From an uncultured Chitinophagaceae bacterium (GTDB lineage: Bacteria; Bacteroidota; Ignavibacteria; Kapaibacteriales; UBA961), in assembly GCA_964527785.1 (NCBI GenBank), contig CAZGNO010000009.1, positions 3,268-67,267 of the forward strand: 64,000 bases of DNA. Reading direction: 5' to 3'. A model generated the notes under the pieces. That model was given only the letters and a program-made list of their open reading frames with translations. It had not been told where the DNA came from and did not search any database. The translations under genes and the position numbers were made by a program. Below, in pieces: positions 10,723 through 21,520 of this stretch (position 1 is the first letter of the stretch; the number at the start of each line of letters is the position of its first letter).

Positions 10723-10746
10723 GTACACTGGTAGGGCTTAAAAAAC

Positions 10747-11997
10747 TTACTTCCCAAACAACAACGAACTATCCCCATAGCTAAGAAACCGATACCCATT
10801 CTCCAGCGCAGCATCGTAAATTTTCTTCCATAAATCTTTCCCGACAAATGCAGCCACAAGCAAAATTAACGTACTGTGCGGCTGATGAAAATTAGTAACC
10901 AGTGCAGTACAAAGCCGAAATGTATAGGAAGGCACAATCATAATTTCTGTTGTTCCCGTAATAGTTTGGAGAGAATGTGTTTCCATCCACTCTATAATGA
11001 CAGTCAGTGATTCCTGGGGTGAAACTGCATTGTCCGCCAGTCGAAACGCATCCCACTGCTTAACGGAAAGCGTAGATTGCTCCTTGCATCCGCCATCATT
11101 ACAACACAACCGCACACCAAACCAATAGAGCGATTCAATGGTTCGTACAGAGGTAGTCCCCACACAAACAAGCCGTCCTTTTGTAGGACTATCAAGCCAC
11201 TCAAGTAATTGCTGAATGGTATCACGCTCGACGGAGATTAGCTCACCGTGCATCGAAAACTCGGAAATTGTTTCTGTTTCAATTGGTTTGAATGTACCCA
11301 AGCCCACCGTGAGATTCACCTCCGTCTGATGAATATTCTTTTTGTGTAAGGCATCAAATACTTCGGGGGTAAAGTGCAGTCCGGCAGTCGGTGCGGCAAC
11401 CGAACCGTCATTTGTTGCATATACCGTTTGATAGCGAACAGCATCTTCGGGGGTTGCCTCGCGCTTGATATAGGGTGGCAGAGGGACCCGCCCGAAATTG
11501 TCGAGAATTTCTCCGAAAGTCGAATCGCTATTCCAACGAAACTCTACTATCGCTTCCGAATATGTACGCTCAATGATAATTGCCGATAGTTTCAAACTTT
11601 CAATTCCATTAACATCTGCCGTAAGGATTGTCCCGGATTGAATGTTTTTACCGCGCAGCAGACACTTCCATTTACTCGGCTGATGTTCCATAAGTGCAAG
11701 AGCAGGGGGCTGGTCGTCAGCAGAAGATAGGCAAAATACCTCAACTGCTCCGCCGCTCTGTTTGTGCATGAGGAGTCGCGCGGCAATTACACGGGTGGTA
11801 TTCACTACTATCAAGGAATCTTCGGGTAGTAACTGTGGGAGTTCGCTGAATATATGGTGGTGAACCTCACCTGAATCTGAATGGGCAACCAGTAATTTGC
11901 TCATATCACGATTAGGAAGCGGTGCAAGGGCAATCCGTTCGACGGGCAAATCATAGTGATATTCGGGAAGATGAAGCGTAGGAATGTAAGAGTGCAT
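10747..11997 (-). CDS. queA: S-adenosylmethionine:tRNA ribosyltransferase-isomerase
   Basis: Motifs LPPYIKR, GLHFT, TVGLGTF and NFHQPHSTLILLV match QueA. The likely start is MHSYIPTL at 11997; the ORF track extends to 12054. Confidence 0.85.
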   Translation of the reverse strand: MHSYIPTLHLPEYHYDLPVERIALAPLPNRDMSKLLVAHSDSGEVHHHIFSELPQLLPEDSLIVVNTTRVIAARLLMHKQSGGAVEVFCLSSADDQPPALALMEHQPSKWKCLLRGKNIQSGTILTADVNGIESLKLSAIIIERTYSEAIVEFRWNSDSTFGEILDNFGRVPLPPYIKREATPEDAVRYQTVYATNDGSVAAPTAGLHFTPEVFDALHKKNIHQTEVNLTVGLGTFKPIETETISEFSMHGELISVERDTIQQLLEWLDSPTKGRLVCVGTTSVRTIESLYWFGVRLCCNDGGCKEQSTLSVKQWDAFRLADNAVSPQESLTVIIEWMETHSLQTITGTTEIMIVPSYTFRLCTALVTNFHQPHSTLILLVAAFVGKDLWKKIYDAALENGYRFLSYGDSSLLFGK

Positions 11998-12151
11998 GCT
12001 GTATTTTCGTAATCTGTTCTTTGTGGAATCTAAATGAAATTGTAAGTTTGACAAAGCTATGTAACTTTCGTGATATTTTTAGCGTATAGCTCACAAGAAT
12101 TGCCGCCAAACAACAAACATTCAACTTTTTATTTTTTATTGAAAGCCCCTT

Positions 12152-14104
12152 ATGCCCGAAGTTCCATATTCTCAGCCGCCTCAATACTCCGGCTATGTTC
12201 CCCCTCAGCCGCGAAAAACCCGTTGGTGGATACCTGTTGTTATAATTTTCGGTGTGCTTGCAGTATTTGTAATAGGTATTATCGCTTTTGTTGCCGCTAT
12301 TATCGGCTCAATCGGCAGTTCCGGTAATAAAGCAGTCGCCGTTAAGTCAAATTCTGTACTGATGATTAATTTCTCCCGTTCGATGAAGGAATATAACTCC
12401 CACAGCGGACTTTTCCAAAAAACTCCTCCTGCTACCTTTTTAGAAATCCTGAATGCCGTCAAGCGTGCCAAGACAGATGATAATATAAAAGGAATCTATA
12501 TCAAGCCGGGCACAACTTCCGGTTTTGCCAAAGTCACTGAATTACTGGATGTTTTGGAAGACTTCAAGAAATCGGGTAAGTTTATTTACGCATTTATGGA
12601 AACCGGTGAACGTGCCAATTATTATGCTGCTCTGCCTGCGGATTCCATCTTTATGCCGCGTGAAGGGTATCTGCAACTCAACGCCGCCGGAACAAGTGTC
12701 ATGTTCTATAAAGGGCTTTTTGAAAAATTAGGTGTGGATGCCCATGTAGAACAATTTGAAGAGTACAAATCCTTTGGTGAGCCCTACAGCCGTAAGAGCT
12801 TTTCCGCTCCTGCTAAGGACGAGCTTCGCACTCTTATTACCCAACGTGCTAATACATTCAACGAAGCAATTGCAAAATTCCGTAAAATGACTGTGGAGAA
12901 TGTAGATGCAGCAATCAATCGCGGTGTCTACACTACAGATTCGCTACTGAGCAACGGATTTATTGACGCATTTGCCACCGAAACCCAAGTACGTGAAAAA
13001 CTCCGAGTCCGCTCACACGGTAGCGACGATAAAAGTAAAAAACTCCATCTTGTTTCTATTGATGACTATTCAAACAGTCCCGATAAAAAAAATGTTACAA
13101 CACCTGATGTAAAAAATCAAATAGCAATTATCTATGCTTCGGGTGCAATCCGCACTGGAAAACGCAGTGGCGGTGGTCCGTTCGGTGGTGGCTCGGAAGC
13201 AGAGATAGCGTCAGAATCATTCGTCAGTGATTTGAAAAAAGCACGTGAAAATGAGTTTGTGAAAGCAATCATTTTGAGAATTGACAGTCCCGGCGGCTCG
13301 GCTCTCGCTTCGGATATTATGTGGGAAGAAATTCAGAAAACACGAAAAGTAAAACCGGTCTATGCTTCGATGAGCGACGTAGCAGCATCAGGTGGATATT
13401 ATATGGCAATGGCTTGTGATACGATTATTGCACACCCGCAAACAATTACCGGTTCGGTTGGGGTAATTGGAATTTTGCCTACATTTGCCGGTACATTCGA
13501 CAAAATGGGAATTACGATAGACACAATTTCCACCGGGCGTTCTTCGCATTTTATGAGTCCTTTTTTGGCGCACAATACACAAGACTTAGCCCAATTTCAT
13601 AATCTGATGGAAGGTACATATCGTCGTTTTGTATCGAAAGCCGCAGAAAGCCGACATAAAACATACGAAGATATGCGGGCATTGGCTAAAGGAAGAGTAT
13701 GGAGCGGTAACGATGCTCAAAAAGTAGGGCTGGTAGATGTCCTAGGCGGGTGGCAGACCACCCTCTCACTCGTGAAACGTCGTATTGGTGTCTCGGATTC
13801 AGTGAAAGTAATGGTACAAATTTTCCCTAAACCTCAAGATGATTTGGAAGAACTGCTCAAAGCATTTGGTATAGATACGAATGAAGAAGATGAAGACAGC
13901 GACGGTGATGAAAGCGATGAAAGTGCCGATGAACGCCTGCAAGCAACATTACGCCAAACAATGGGTGCTGCTGCATGGTCGGCATTTACACACCCGACAG
14001 CGATACCCGAATCAGCCCGCAAACAGTTTGCAAACGGCTATTCACTTCTGAGTATATCTATGAAAGAGCATGCGCTTATGGCAATGCCATATACGTTTGA
14101 ATAA
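12152..14104 (+). CDS. sppA: signal peptide peptidase SppA (protease IV, 67K type)
   Basis: Pro-rich N-terminus plus a TM helix, then two ClpP/crotonase-fold S49 domains (GYYMAMACD..., SVGVIG...), followed by an acidic C-terminal tail. Confidence 0.85.
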   Translation: MPEVPYSQPPQYSGYVPPQPRKTRWWIPVVIIFGVLAVFVIGIIAFVAAIIGSIGSSGNKAVAVKSNSVLMINFSRSMKEYNSHSGLFQKTPPATFLEILNAVKRAKTDDNIKGIYIKPGTTSGFAKVTELLDVLEDFKKSGKFIYAFMETGERANYYAALPADSIFMPREGYLQLNAAGTSVMFYKGLFEKLGVDAHVEQFEEYKSFGEPYSRKSFSAPAKDELRTLITQRANTFNEAIAKFRKMTVENVDAAINRGVYTTDSLLSNGFIDAFATETQVREKLRVRSHGSDDKSKKLHLVSIDDYSNSPDKKNVTTPDVKNQIAIIYASGAIRTGKRSGGGPFGGGSEAEIASESFVSDLKKARENEFVKAIILRIDSPGGSALASDIMWEEIQKTRKVKPVYASMSDVAASGGYYMAMACDTIIAHPQTITGSVGVIGILPTFAGTFDKMGITIDTISTGRSSHFMSPFLAHNTQDLAQFHNLMEGTYRRFVSKAAESRHKTYEDMRALAKGRVWSGNDAQKVGLVDVLGGWQTTLSLVKRRIGVSDSVKVMVQIFPKPQDDLEELLKAFGIDTNEEDEDSDGDESDESADERLQATLRQTMGAAAWSAFTHPTAIPESARKQFANGYSLLSISMKEHALMAMPYTFE

Positions 14105-14126
14105 TACCACAGTCATTGCCTTTCTT

Positions 14127-14169
14127 AAAAAGAACAGCCCACAATTGTAAATTGTGGGCTGTTCTTTTT
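14127..14169. terminator. bidirectional rho-independent terminator between convergent sppA and rluD
   Basis: Perfect 20-bp palindrome AAAAAGAACAGCCCACAATT-GTAA-AATTGTGGGCTGTTCTTTTT, flanked by an A-run and a T-run. Confidence 0.75.
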
Positions 14170-14191
14170 ATATCTATTTCGCGCTATAGAA

Positions 14192-15277
14192 TCAATCCTT
14201 ATTCACCATCGCCAAAATCTGTTTGAAATCCGCAGGAAGTTCTGCCTCGAATTCTAACCGCACTCCCGTATGCGGATGCGTAAAGCCAAGAGTCCGTGCG
14301 TGAAGTGCCTGACGGTTCATGACCTCCAGGCATCGTAAGGCAAGTGACTTTTGTGTGGTATTCTTGAGCCCGCCGTAGGCAATGACATCTCCGCCGTAAG
14401 TGCTGTCGCTGAGTAGCGGATGATGCATACTTGAGGCATGAACCCGAATCTGGTGGGTGCGCCCAGTGTGAAGTTTGAAACGGATAAGCGTTAGGAAGTC
14501 GTGCCGTTCCAGTACGGTATAATCGGTAATAGCAAGTTTGCCGTCCTTTTCGACAACTGCGAATTTTTTTCTGTCGCGAGAGGAACGCCCTATACTCGAC
14601 TCAATACGCCCTTCATTTTCTTTTACCACTCCCCACACAATTGCATTATATTCCCGCTGTGTAGTATGCTCAAAAAACTGTTTGGCAAGAGCAGCATGGA
14701 TCGCAGAATTTTTGGCAATTACCAACAGTCCCGATGTATCTTTGTCCAATCGGTGAACAATACCCGGACGAATTGCATCGGAATTAAAGATATAGGCATT
14801 TTCGCCGTCATCATCGCTCTCACCGTCCGCTTCGTTTTCATCTTCCGGTTCTTCTATTGCAATAGCTTCACGCTGTCCAAAATGGTAGAGTAGGGCATTG
14901 ACTAGCGTACCATAGCGATTGCCAAAGCCAGGATGTGTTACCATCCCGGCAGGTTTATTGACTACCAATAAATACTCATCTTCATACGCAATATCAAGAG
15001 GGATATTCTCCGGTAAAAGTTCCATCGGAGGCGGCTTCATCACTTTGCATTGCACTACATCACCGGGCTGAATCTTGCGAGAAGATTTGTGGATTTTCCC
15101 GTTAATGGTTACATTTCCTGCATCAATGGCGGCTTGTACTTTAGAACGTGTAGCGTTCGGTATCGCCTCTGTGAGAAATACATCTACCCGTTCAGGGCGT
15201 TGCCCGTGCGGAATAACGAAATCATAGATTTTTTCGATGTAATCGGGGTAGTTTTTTTTGTCTTCTGAGCGTTCCAT
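14192..15277 (-). CDS. rluD: 23S rRNA pseudouridine synthase, RluA/RluD family
   Basis: N-terminal S4-like domain and the catalytic HRLDKDTSGLLVIAKN motif. Contains an acidic insertion EEPEDENEADGESDDDGENA. Confidence 0.85.
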   Translation of the reverse strand: MERSEDKKNYPDYIEKIYDFVIPHGQRPERVDVFLTEAIPNATRSKVQAAIDAGNVTINGKIHKSSRKIQPGDVVQCKVMKPPPMELLPENIPLDIAYEDEYLLVVNKPAGMVTHPGFGNRYGTLVNALLYHFGQREAIAIEEPEDENEADGESDDDGENAYIFNSDAIRPGIVHRLDKDTSGLLVIAKNSAIHAALAKQFFEHTTQREYNAIVWGVVKENEGRIESSIGRSSRDRKKFAVVEKDGKLAITDYTVLERHDFLTLIRFKLHTGRTHQIRVHASSMHHPLLSDSTYGGDVIAYGGLKNTTQKSLALRCLEVMNRQALHARTLGFTHPHTGVRLEFEAELPADFKQILAMVNKD

Positions 15278-15304
15278 TATTCGTAGGATATTCTTTAAAA
15301 ATAA

Positions 15305-15338
15305 AACAGGCGTTCATACTAAAGGTTGAACGCCTGTT
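15305..15338 (-). terminator. stem-loop after lspA (12-bp stem AACAGGCGTTCA / TGAACGCCTGTT)
   Basis: Inverted repeat followed, on the minus strand, by a T-rich stretch. Confidence 0.45.
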
Positions 15339-15367
15339 CGTGTTAGTCTTTGTGTTCTTGAGAAAAA

Positions 15368-16021
15368 TTATTCGAGGCGCATACTTCCTTCGTGAACTTC
15401 CGGCGAATGTTCAGGGAGTTCATTTGCGTCGTGAGGAGGTGTTTTAGGGGATAAATCATTGAGCATCGGAATTTTTTTATTCATGATAAGCAGAAGCACC
15501 ATACCGCAGCTTACGCATGAATCTGCAATGTTAAACACAGGCCAATGTGTGTAAACCTGCCCAAACCAATTAATATCCGGAATATCTACGTGAATAAAAT
15601 CAACTACTAATCCGTAAAACAGTGCACCTTCATTGTAGAATACTCCGTAGAAGGCGCGGTCAATAAAATTCCCCAAAGCTCCGGCAAGCAAAAGAGCGAT
15701 ACCGAACTGCACCCATTTGGAATGATTACGAATTTTGGATAAGTACCACGCCAGTCCGGCACCGGCTATGAGCGAAAACAACGTAAGGAATACCTTGCCC
15801 CAACCGAAACTTACGCCAAACGCCATTCCCGGATTCTCAACGAAGGTAAATCGCAGGGTTTCGCCGAACACGGGGTAGCTCTGCCCTAAAAACATTCCTT
15901 CATGGTGGATTCCAAAAAGTGTAAAGCCCTTCACGGCTATTTTGGTAGCTTGGTCAAGGAGAATTAATCCTAATGATAGCAGAAAGAATTTTTGAAAACT
16001 ATTTTTCTCAGTGTCGCTCAT
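15368..16021 (-). CDS. lspA: lipoprotein signal peptidase (signal peptidase II)
   Basis: Four TM segments, NPGMAFG and FNIADSCVSCG motifs typical of LspA. Has a roughly 45-aa hydrophilic C-terminal extension. Confidence 0.85.
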   Translation of the reverse strand: MSDTEKNSFQKFFLLSLGLILLDQATKIAVKGFTLFGIHHEGMFLGQSYPVFGETLRFTFVENPGMAFGVSFGWGKVFLTLFSLIAGAGLAWYLSKIRNHSKWVQFGIALLLAGALGNFIDRAFYGVFYNEGALFYGLVVDFIHVDIPDINWFGQVYTHWPVFNIADSCVSCGMVLLLIMNKKIPMLNDLSPKTPPHDANELPEHSPEVHEGSMRLE

Positions 16022-16030
16022 ATAAAATAC

Positions 16031-16492
16031 TTATCCTTGTTTGGTGATACGGTCAATACCGTCTTCCGGGCATTGCTGACGAATTTTCCATGAAGCGGAT
16101 TGTGTTGTAATAGGAACTGCTTTAAGGCGTTCTTTGGCAATCAATATTCCACATTCTTTGCACACCCCGTATGTCTTATCCTTGATTCGTTCGAGAGCTT
16201 CATCAAGTTTGCGTAGATAGTCATTCACCCTGTTAATATGAGCGTATGTTTTTTCTTTTTCCATTGCTTCCGAACCTTGTTCTGCCATGTGCATCGAATA
16301 AATCATACTGTCGGCATTATTATCTTGATTTGTCAGATCGTCCAAGCGTTCATAGAGCATTCTAAGTTCGTCTTGTGCTTCAAGTTTGGCTTTGACTATT
16401 ATACTTTTGAATATCGCAAGATCTTCGTCCGAATACCGAATTTCAGGACGTGCGGAAACTTCAACTGCTTGTTCTACTATCAGATTCGACAT
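16031..16492 (-). CDS. DksA/TraR-family C4 zinc-finger protein
   Basis: C-terminal CKECGILIAKERLKAVPITTQSASWK... CxxC...C zinc-finger pattern and a coiled-coil N-terminus. Start placed at MSNLIVEQ (16492), preceded by AGGAGAAACG. Sits in the ileS-dksA-like-lspA arrangement. Confidence 0.75.
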   Translation of the reverse strand: MSNLIVEQAVEVSARPEIRYSDEDLAIFKSIIVKAKLEAQDELRMLYERLDDLTNQDNNADSMIYSMHMAEQGSEAMEKEKTYAHINRVNDYLRKLDEALERIKDKTYGVCKECGILIAKERLKAVPITTQSASWKIRQQCPEDGIDRITKQG

Positions 16493-16612
16493 CGTTTCTC
16501 CTGTAATAATTATGGGGTTAAAATATTTTTTCCAAAAAACTGTTTGATAGTACAGCTGTTTGTAAGTAGCATTTGGCTTTCTTGTCAACGAAATTACTAA
16601 AGAATCAAATTT

Positions 16613-19600
16613 CTAGTTTGTTATTTTTTCAATAACCATCAAAATCACTTCTCCATCTATCTCTACACTCTCTCCGCTTTGAATCTCAGAATACGTTATT
16701 ACTTCAGCAAGTGTTTCACTTTGGATATACCCTTTCATTGTATTAATCGCCTCATGAATTAGCGCGGAGCAAGAATATGTTAGCATAATCCTGTCGGTAA
16801 CGTCCAACCCCGACTGCTTACGGAGGGTTTGAATACGATTCACAAACTCGCGGGCTACACCCTCGGCGCGTAATTCATCGTCAATTTCAGTATCAAGAGC
16901 AACGGTCAATGCACCTTCGGAAGCTACAAGCCACCCTTCGATATCCTCGCTGATAATTTCCACATCTTCGGTTGATAGGTCGTATTGTTCTTCGTCTACT
17001 GTGAGAATGTAATTACCGTTTTGTTGCAACATCCTTAGTGCTGCAGGGTTCATTTCTTTAATTGCATTGGCTACTGTCTGTGTGTTCTTGCCACATTTTT
17101 TACCCAATGTTTTGAAATTCGGCTTTGCGCTTCTTTTTACGATTCCTGTTTCTTCACTGACGTATTCAACGGCTTTTATGTTGATTTCTTCCAAAATAAC
17201 ATCTTCCACTGCCTGCAAATCGCGGCGCTGTTGTGGCGATGACACAGGAATCAAAATTCTCCGAAGCGGCTGACGTGTACGGATTTTTGATTTTTCACGA
17301 AGCGAACGTGCAAGGAATACGACTTTTTGAGCAGCTTCCATTCTGCGTTCTAATGCTTCGTCTATCAACGACTCGTCACATACAGGAAAATCCATAAGGT
17401 GGATAGACGCCGGATTACTTTCAGTACGCAACCTACGGAACAAGTCCTCGGATAAAAAAGGAGCAGCCGGAGCCATCATTGTGATAATGTTCATCAGGAC
17501 TGTTCGCAAGGTTTGATATGCTGCCAATTTCTCACTATCTTTTTCACCTTTCCAAAAGCGTCGGCGATTACGACGTACATACCAATTCGATACTTCATTC
17601 CGCGCAAAATCTTGAAGTAAACGAGCTGCTCTCGTCACTTCATACATATCCATGTATTCGCCGTATTTCTTGATAACAGAATTCATACAGCTTAATATCC
17701 ATCGGTCAAGTTCCGGTCGTTCTGCAATGGGAACTTCGGGCTCATTACCTGAAATCTCATCAATATTAGCATAGAGTGCATAGAATTTATAGGAATTGGT
17801 CAGCGAGCGGAAGAAATCGGCTATAACCGTATCCTCAATATCCTTTGTATTGAATAATGTGGGCTTCCATGGCGGATTATTCACCAAAAAATACCAGCGA
17901 ACAGCATCGGCACCATACTTGGACATCATCTCGAACGGGTCAACAGTGTTGCCCTTGGATTTGGACATCTTTTGTCCGCTTTTGTCCAATATAAGCTCAT
18001 TGACGATAATAGTCTTATACGCAGGTTTCCCGAATATTGCTGAGGCGATATTGTGCATTGTATAGAACCATCCGCGTGTCTGGTCAATACCCTCGGCTAC
18101 ATAATCACCCGGAAAACTCTTTTCAAAAAGTTCTTTGTTCTCAAACGGGTAGTGCATTTGTGCAAATGGAACTGCACCTGAATCAAACCACACATCCACT
18201 ACTTCATGTACCCGGCGATATAACTTACCGCTGCGCTTGAAAACCACATGATCTACAAACGGACGATGCAAATCCACTTCGACGCCACATTCGGCAACAG
18301 GTACAAAAGCTCCTTCGCGAACTTCATATAATCCTTCGTTCAGTTCTGCAATAGAACCGACGGCGAACATATCCTTACCATCTTCACTTACCCAAATAGG
18401 AAGTGGTGTCCCCCAGAATCTATCCCGTGAAAGAGACCATTCTTTTACTTCTTCCAGCCAGTTCCCAAATCTTCCCGCACCAATTTCCGGCGGTTGCCAT
18501 CGAATTGTTGCATTGAGTGCAATCATCGTTTCTTTATATTCCGGCGACTTGATAAACCACGAGTCACGGGCATAATACATTACAGGATTATCAGTCCGCC
18601 AGCAGTGCGGATAGCTGTGCAAATAATCCATCGAGGATTTGTAAATTTTTCCGGCACGTTTGAGCGCAATAATAATATCTTTATCTGCACCCTCTTCGGT
18701 ATGGTCAGCATATTTGAAGGTTTTGATTGCTCGTCCTGCAAATTCTTCCACTTCGGTTGTAAAATGTCCGTTAGGAGTTACCGGTTGGAGCATCGGCAGA
18801 CCGAACTTTTTAGACATTTCAAAGTCATCAACACCAAATGCCGGAGCAAGGTGCACCACTCCCGAACCGTCGTCAGTCGAAACGAATGTACCCGGCAAGA
18901 TAGTGAGTGCATTAGGATAATGCACCGGATCTATTTCACAATACGAGAAAATCTTTTCATATCGTGTACCGATCAATTCTTTGCCTGAAAATGTAGCAAG
19001 TACTTCTGTCTCACCATCCAGTATTGTAAGGCGTGAACTCGCCAGCACCAAATTTTCGTTTACCGCTGCACCATCAACTTGCCGTGTGTTTTTTACTAAA
19101 ACATATTCTATTTTTTCGCCAACGGCTAAAGCGGTATTTGCAAAAAGTGTCCACGGGGTGGTGGTCCAAACGATAATGGACGCACCTTCTATCTGCTGAA
19201 TAGGTGACGATATAAGTTTCAGTTTCAAATAGCAATTCGGGTCGCGCACTTCACGGTAACCGAGCGAAAGCTCGTGTGAACTGAGCGGAGTTTCAATCGT
19301 CGGCGATTGCGGGACAACTTTGAATCCTTTGTAAATAAGTCCCTTGTCAAAAAACTGCTTTAGTGCCCACCAAACTGATTCTATATAGTCGTTGGTACAG
19401 GTTACATACGCGGCATCCATATCCACCCAATATCCCATTCTTCGGGTGAAGTCGCGCCATCCACCTTCCATTTTGATATTGCTATAGACTAATTCTTTAC
19501 AAGCACGGTTGAATTTTGCAACACCCATTTTTTCAATATCAGACTTGTTTACCAAGCCGAGCTGCTTCTCAACAGCAATCTCAACCGGAAGTCCGTGTGT

Positions 19601-19858
19601 GTCCCAACCGGCTTGACGGCGTACATAGTATCCGCGCATTGTCTTATAACGGCATATTAAATCCTTGAGTGTTCGCGCCATGAGATGATGAATCCCCGGC
19701 TTGCCGTTTACGGTAGGGGGACCCTCGTAGAAACTGAAATACGGTGCGTTTTTGCGTAGTTCGAGTGATTGCTCAAATATTCCTTGGGATTCCCAAAACG
19801 TGAGTGTTTCCTGTTCTAAATCCGGGTAGCTTATTTTATCGGGTAATTGATTGTACAT
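16613..19858 (-). CDS. ileS: isoleucyl-tRNA synthetase
   Basis: 1081 aa class-I aaRS. HIGH-like GKPGIHH motif, KMSKS motif (QKMSKSKGN), and editing and anticodon-binding regions. Confidence 0.95.
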   Translation of the reverse strand: MYNQLPDKISYPDLEQETLTFWESQGIFEQSLELRKNAPYFSFYEGPPTVNGKPGIHHLMARTLKDLICRYKTMRGYYVRRQAGWDTHGLPVEIAVEKQLGLVNKSDIEKMGVAKFNRACKELVYSNIKMEGGWRDFTRRMGYWVDMDAAYVTCTNDYIESVWWALKQFFDKGLIYKGFKVVPQSPTIETPLSSHELSLGYREVRDPNCYLKLKLISSPIQQIEGASIIVWTTTPWTLFANTALAVGEKIEYVLVKNTRQVDGAAVNENLVLASSRLTILDGETEVLATFSGKELIGTRYEKIFSYCEIDPVHYPNALTILPGTFVSTDDGSGVVHLAPAFGVDDFEMSKKFGLPMLQPVTPNGHFTTEVEEFAGRAIKTFKYADHTEEGADKDIIIALKRAGKIYKSSMDYLHSYPHCWRTDNPVMYYARDSWFIKSPEYKETMIALNATIRWQPPEIGAGRFGNWLEEVKEWSLSRDRFWGTPLPIWVSEDGKDMFAVGSIAELNEGLYEVREGAFVPVAECGVEVDLHRPFVDHVVFKRSGKLYRRVHEVVDVWFDSGAVPFAQMHYPFENKELFEKSFPGDYVAEGIDQTRGWFYTMHNIASAIFGKPAYKTIIVNELILDKSGQKMSKSKGNTVDPFEMMSKYGADAVRWYFLVNNPPWKPTLFNTKDIEDTVIADFFRSLTNSYKFYALYANIDEISGNEPEVPIAERPELDRWILSCMNSVIKKYGEYMDMYEVTRAARLLQDFARNEVSNWYVRRNRRRFWKGEKDSEKLAAYQTLRTVLMNIITMMAPAAPFLSEDLFRRLRTESNPASIHLMDFPVCDESLIDEALERRMEAAQKVVFLARSLREKSKIRTRQPLRRILIPVSSPQQRRDLQAVEDVILEEINIKAVEYVSEETGIVKRSAKPNFKTLGKKCGKNTQTVANAIKEMNPAALRMLQQNGNYILTVDEEQYDLSTEDVEIISEDIEGWLVASEGALTVALDTEIDDELRAEGVAREFVNRIQTLRKQSGLDVTDRIMLTYSCSALIHEAINTMKGYIQSETLAEVITYSEIQSGESVEIDGEVILMVIEKITN

Positions 19859-19964
19859 TGTTTAAAATTGAGAGCTCTGAGAAATTTTAATCAGTTGGAA
19901 AAATTCAAGCCACAAAAGTAGGGTTTTTTTCGTGGAAAATCAAAGAAAATGCCTTTTGGACTGA

Positions 19965-21509
19965 TTACTTGTCCGCTTTAAGACGAACTGTGAAGATTGT
20001 TCCTTTACTCGCAATGCTTTCCACTGCTATCGTACCGTGGTGGGCTTCTATTATCCATTTAACAATTGCCAGTCCAAGCCCGTTACCTTGTACATCCTGT
20101 GAGCGGGCTTTATCTACTCGGTAAAATCTGTCAAAAATATGGGGTAAATCTGTTTCGGGTATTCCGACCCCCGTGTCGCTCACTCTCAGGACTGCAAAGC
20201 CGGATTCACGTAGCAGTCGTACTAAAATTGAGCCGCCAGCAGGAGTATACTTTACAGCATTATCCACAATATTTAAGAATGCTTGATGAAGACGTACATC
20301 ATCGCCTTGAATCGTAATATTCGGTTCAATGATTGTTTCAAGGGTTTGGTTTTTTTCCTCGGCAAGTAATTCAATGTCCTCGCAAATATCACTAATCAAA
20401 CTACTTACGTTTAATGTTGTCATGTCAATTTTTACCTGACCCGATTCTGCACGGGAGAGTTCGAGCAGGTTTCTGACCACTTTCGAAAGCCGTGAGACTT
20501 CTTCCTGAGCACTTTCCAAAATGCGGCGGTATTGCTCAGCAGATTTAGGGCTTCTGAGCGCAACTTCAAGTTCACCCATCAGAATTGCTAGCGGAGTGCG
20601 CAGTTCGTGCGAGGCATCTGCTGTGAATTGACGAATTTGAATGAATGATGCTTCGAGGCGTTCAATCATTTGGTTCAGGGTTGCAGTGAGTCGTGCGATT
20701 TCATCATTTGCAAGCGGCATTGGCAGACGTCTGCTTAAATTGTGAGCTGTTATTTCCTGAGCCGAACGTGTAATATCATCAACCGGCTGCAATGATACTT
20801 TCGCTAAAAACCAGCCGCCAAATGTAGAAATGATAACAACAATCGGAAAAGCAATAAGCAGATACGAAAATAAACTATTGAGCGTTTCCCCAATTTCTTC
20901 AATCGGGTAACCGATTGATATTTGTGCCGATTTGGTTTTGCCTACATACAGGCGTAATTGCTGTGAATGAAGAGTATAGTGTACAAAATTTTTGGAGTCA
21001 ATGGAAATATCTGCACTATGATTTTGAAAAACAGGTAAGGAGTCGGGTTGTAAATTTTCAGAACGATAGACAACTTGATTATTGAAATCGGCTATTTGAA
21101 TAAAGTAATTCTTTGAGTTAAGCAAAATATGTTCGTACACTGCTGACCATACAGGGTTTTGTTCTTCATCTTGTAATGTATCTGAAATCTGCGTGAGTGA
21201 ATCATTGCGTTTCGTGTCGTTCTGTCTGAAGAATGCAAAGGAATCCTGCTTGCTGCTGTCGGCTGCTAGCCGTTCTTTTCTGGTTTTTTTCTTTCGTATT
21301 GGAGCCGGTTTCAACGGCTTTTGCGTTTCCGCTTGCTTTTTTTGAATTATCCTATCCAGCGAAGAAGCTACCCTCATCAGAGAAACGTCAAGATTCTGGT
21401 TGAGTTCGTTCGACACAGCAAAATAGGCAATTACCCCCAATGACGTGAGAGTAACCATAACTATCATACTGTACCAAGCTGTCAGCCGTGTTCTAAGCGA
21501 GAATTTCAT
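19965..21509 (-). CDS. sensor histidine kinase (two TM segments, HAMP, HisKA, HATPase_c)
   Basis: H-box ASHELRTPL, N-box VDNAVKYT, and G-boxes DTGVGIP and GNGLGLAI. No response regulator is adjacent. Confidence 0.85.
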   Translation of the reverse strand: MKFSLRTRLTAWYSMIVMVTLTSLGVIAYFAVSNELNQNLDVSLMRVASSLDRIIQKKQAETQKPLKPAPIRKKKTRKERLAADSSKQDSFAFFRQNDTKRNDSLTQISDTLQDEEQNPVWSAVYEHILLNSKNYFIQIADFNNQVVYRSENLQPDSLPVFQNHSADISIDSKNFVHYTLHSQQLRLYVGKTKSAQISIGYPIEEIGETLNSLFSYLLIAFPIVVIISTFGGWFLAKVSLQPVDDITRSAQEITAHNLSRRLPMPLANDEIARLTATLNQMIERLEASFIQIRQFTADASHELRTPLAILMGELEVALRSPKSAEQYRRILESAQEEVSRLSKVVRNLLELSRAESGQVKIDMTTLNVSSLISDICEDIELLAEEKNQTLETIIEPNITIQGDDVRLHQAFLNIVDNAVKYTPAGGSILVRLLRESGFAVLRVSDTGVGIPETDLPHIFDRFYRVDKARSQDVQGNGLGLAIVKWIIEAHHGTIAVESIASKGTIFTVRLKADK

Positions 21510-21520
21510 AGTAACCGTAA

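Noticed and set aside
14501-15268. Plus-strand ORFs inside rluD, and similar antisense ORFs inside ileS (17067-19199), queA and the FG-GAP gene
   Set aside because: All are embedded antisense in genes with clear family motifs and have no independent support.
19859-19964. Terminator hairpin between the histidine kinase and ileS (CCAC...GTGG)
   Set aside because: The stem is only 4 bp with a long loop, which is too weak to call.
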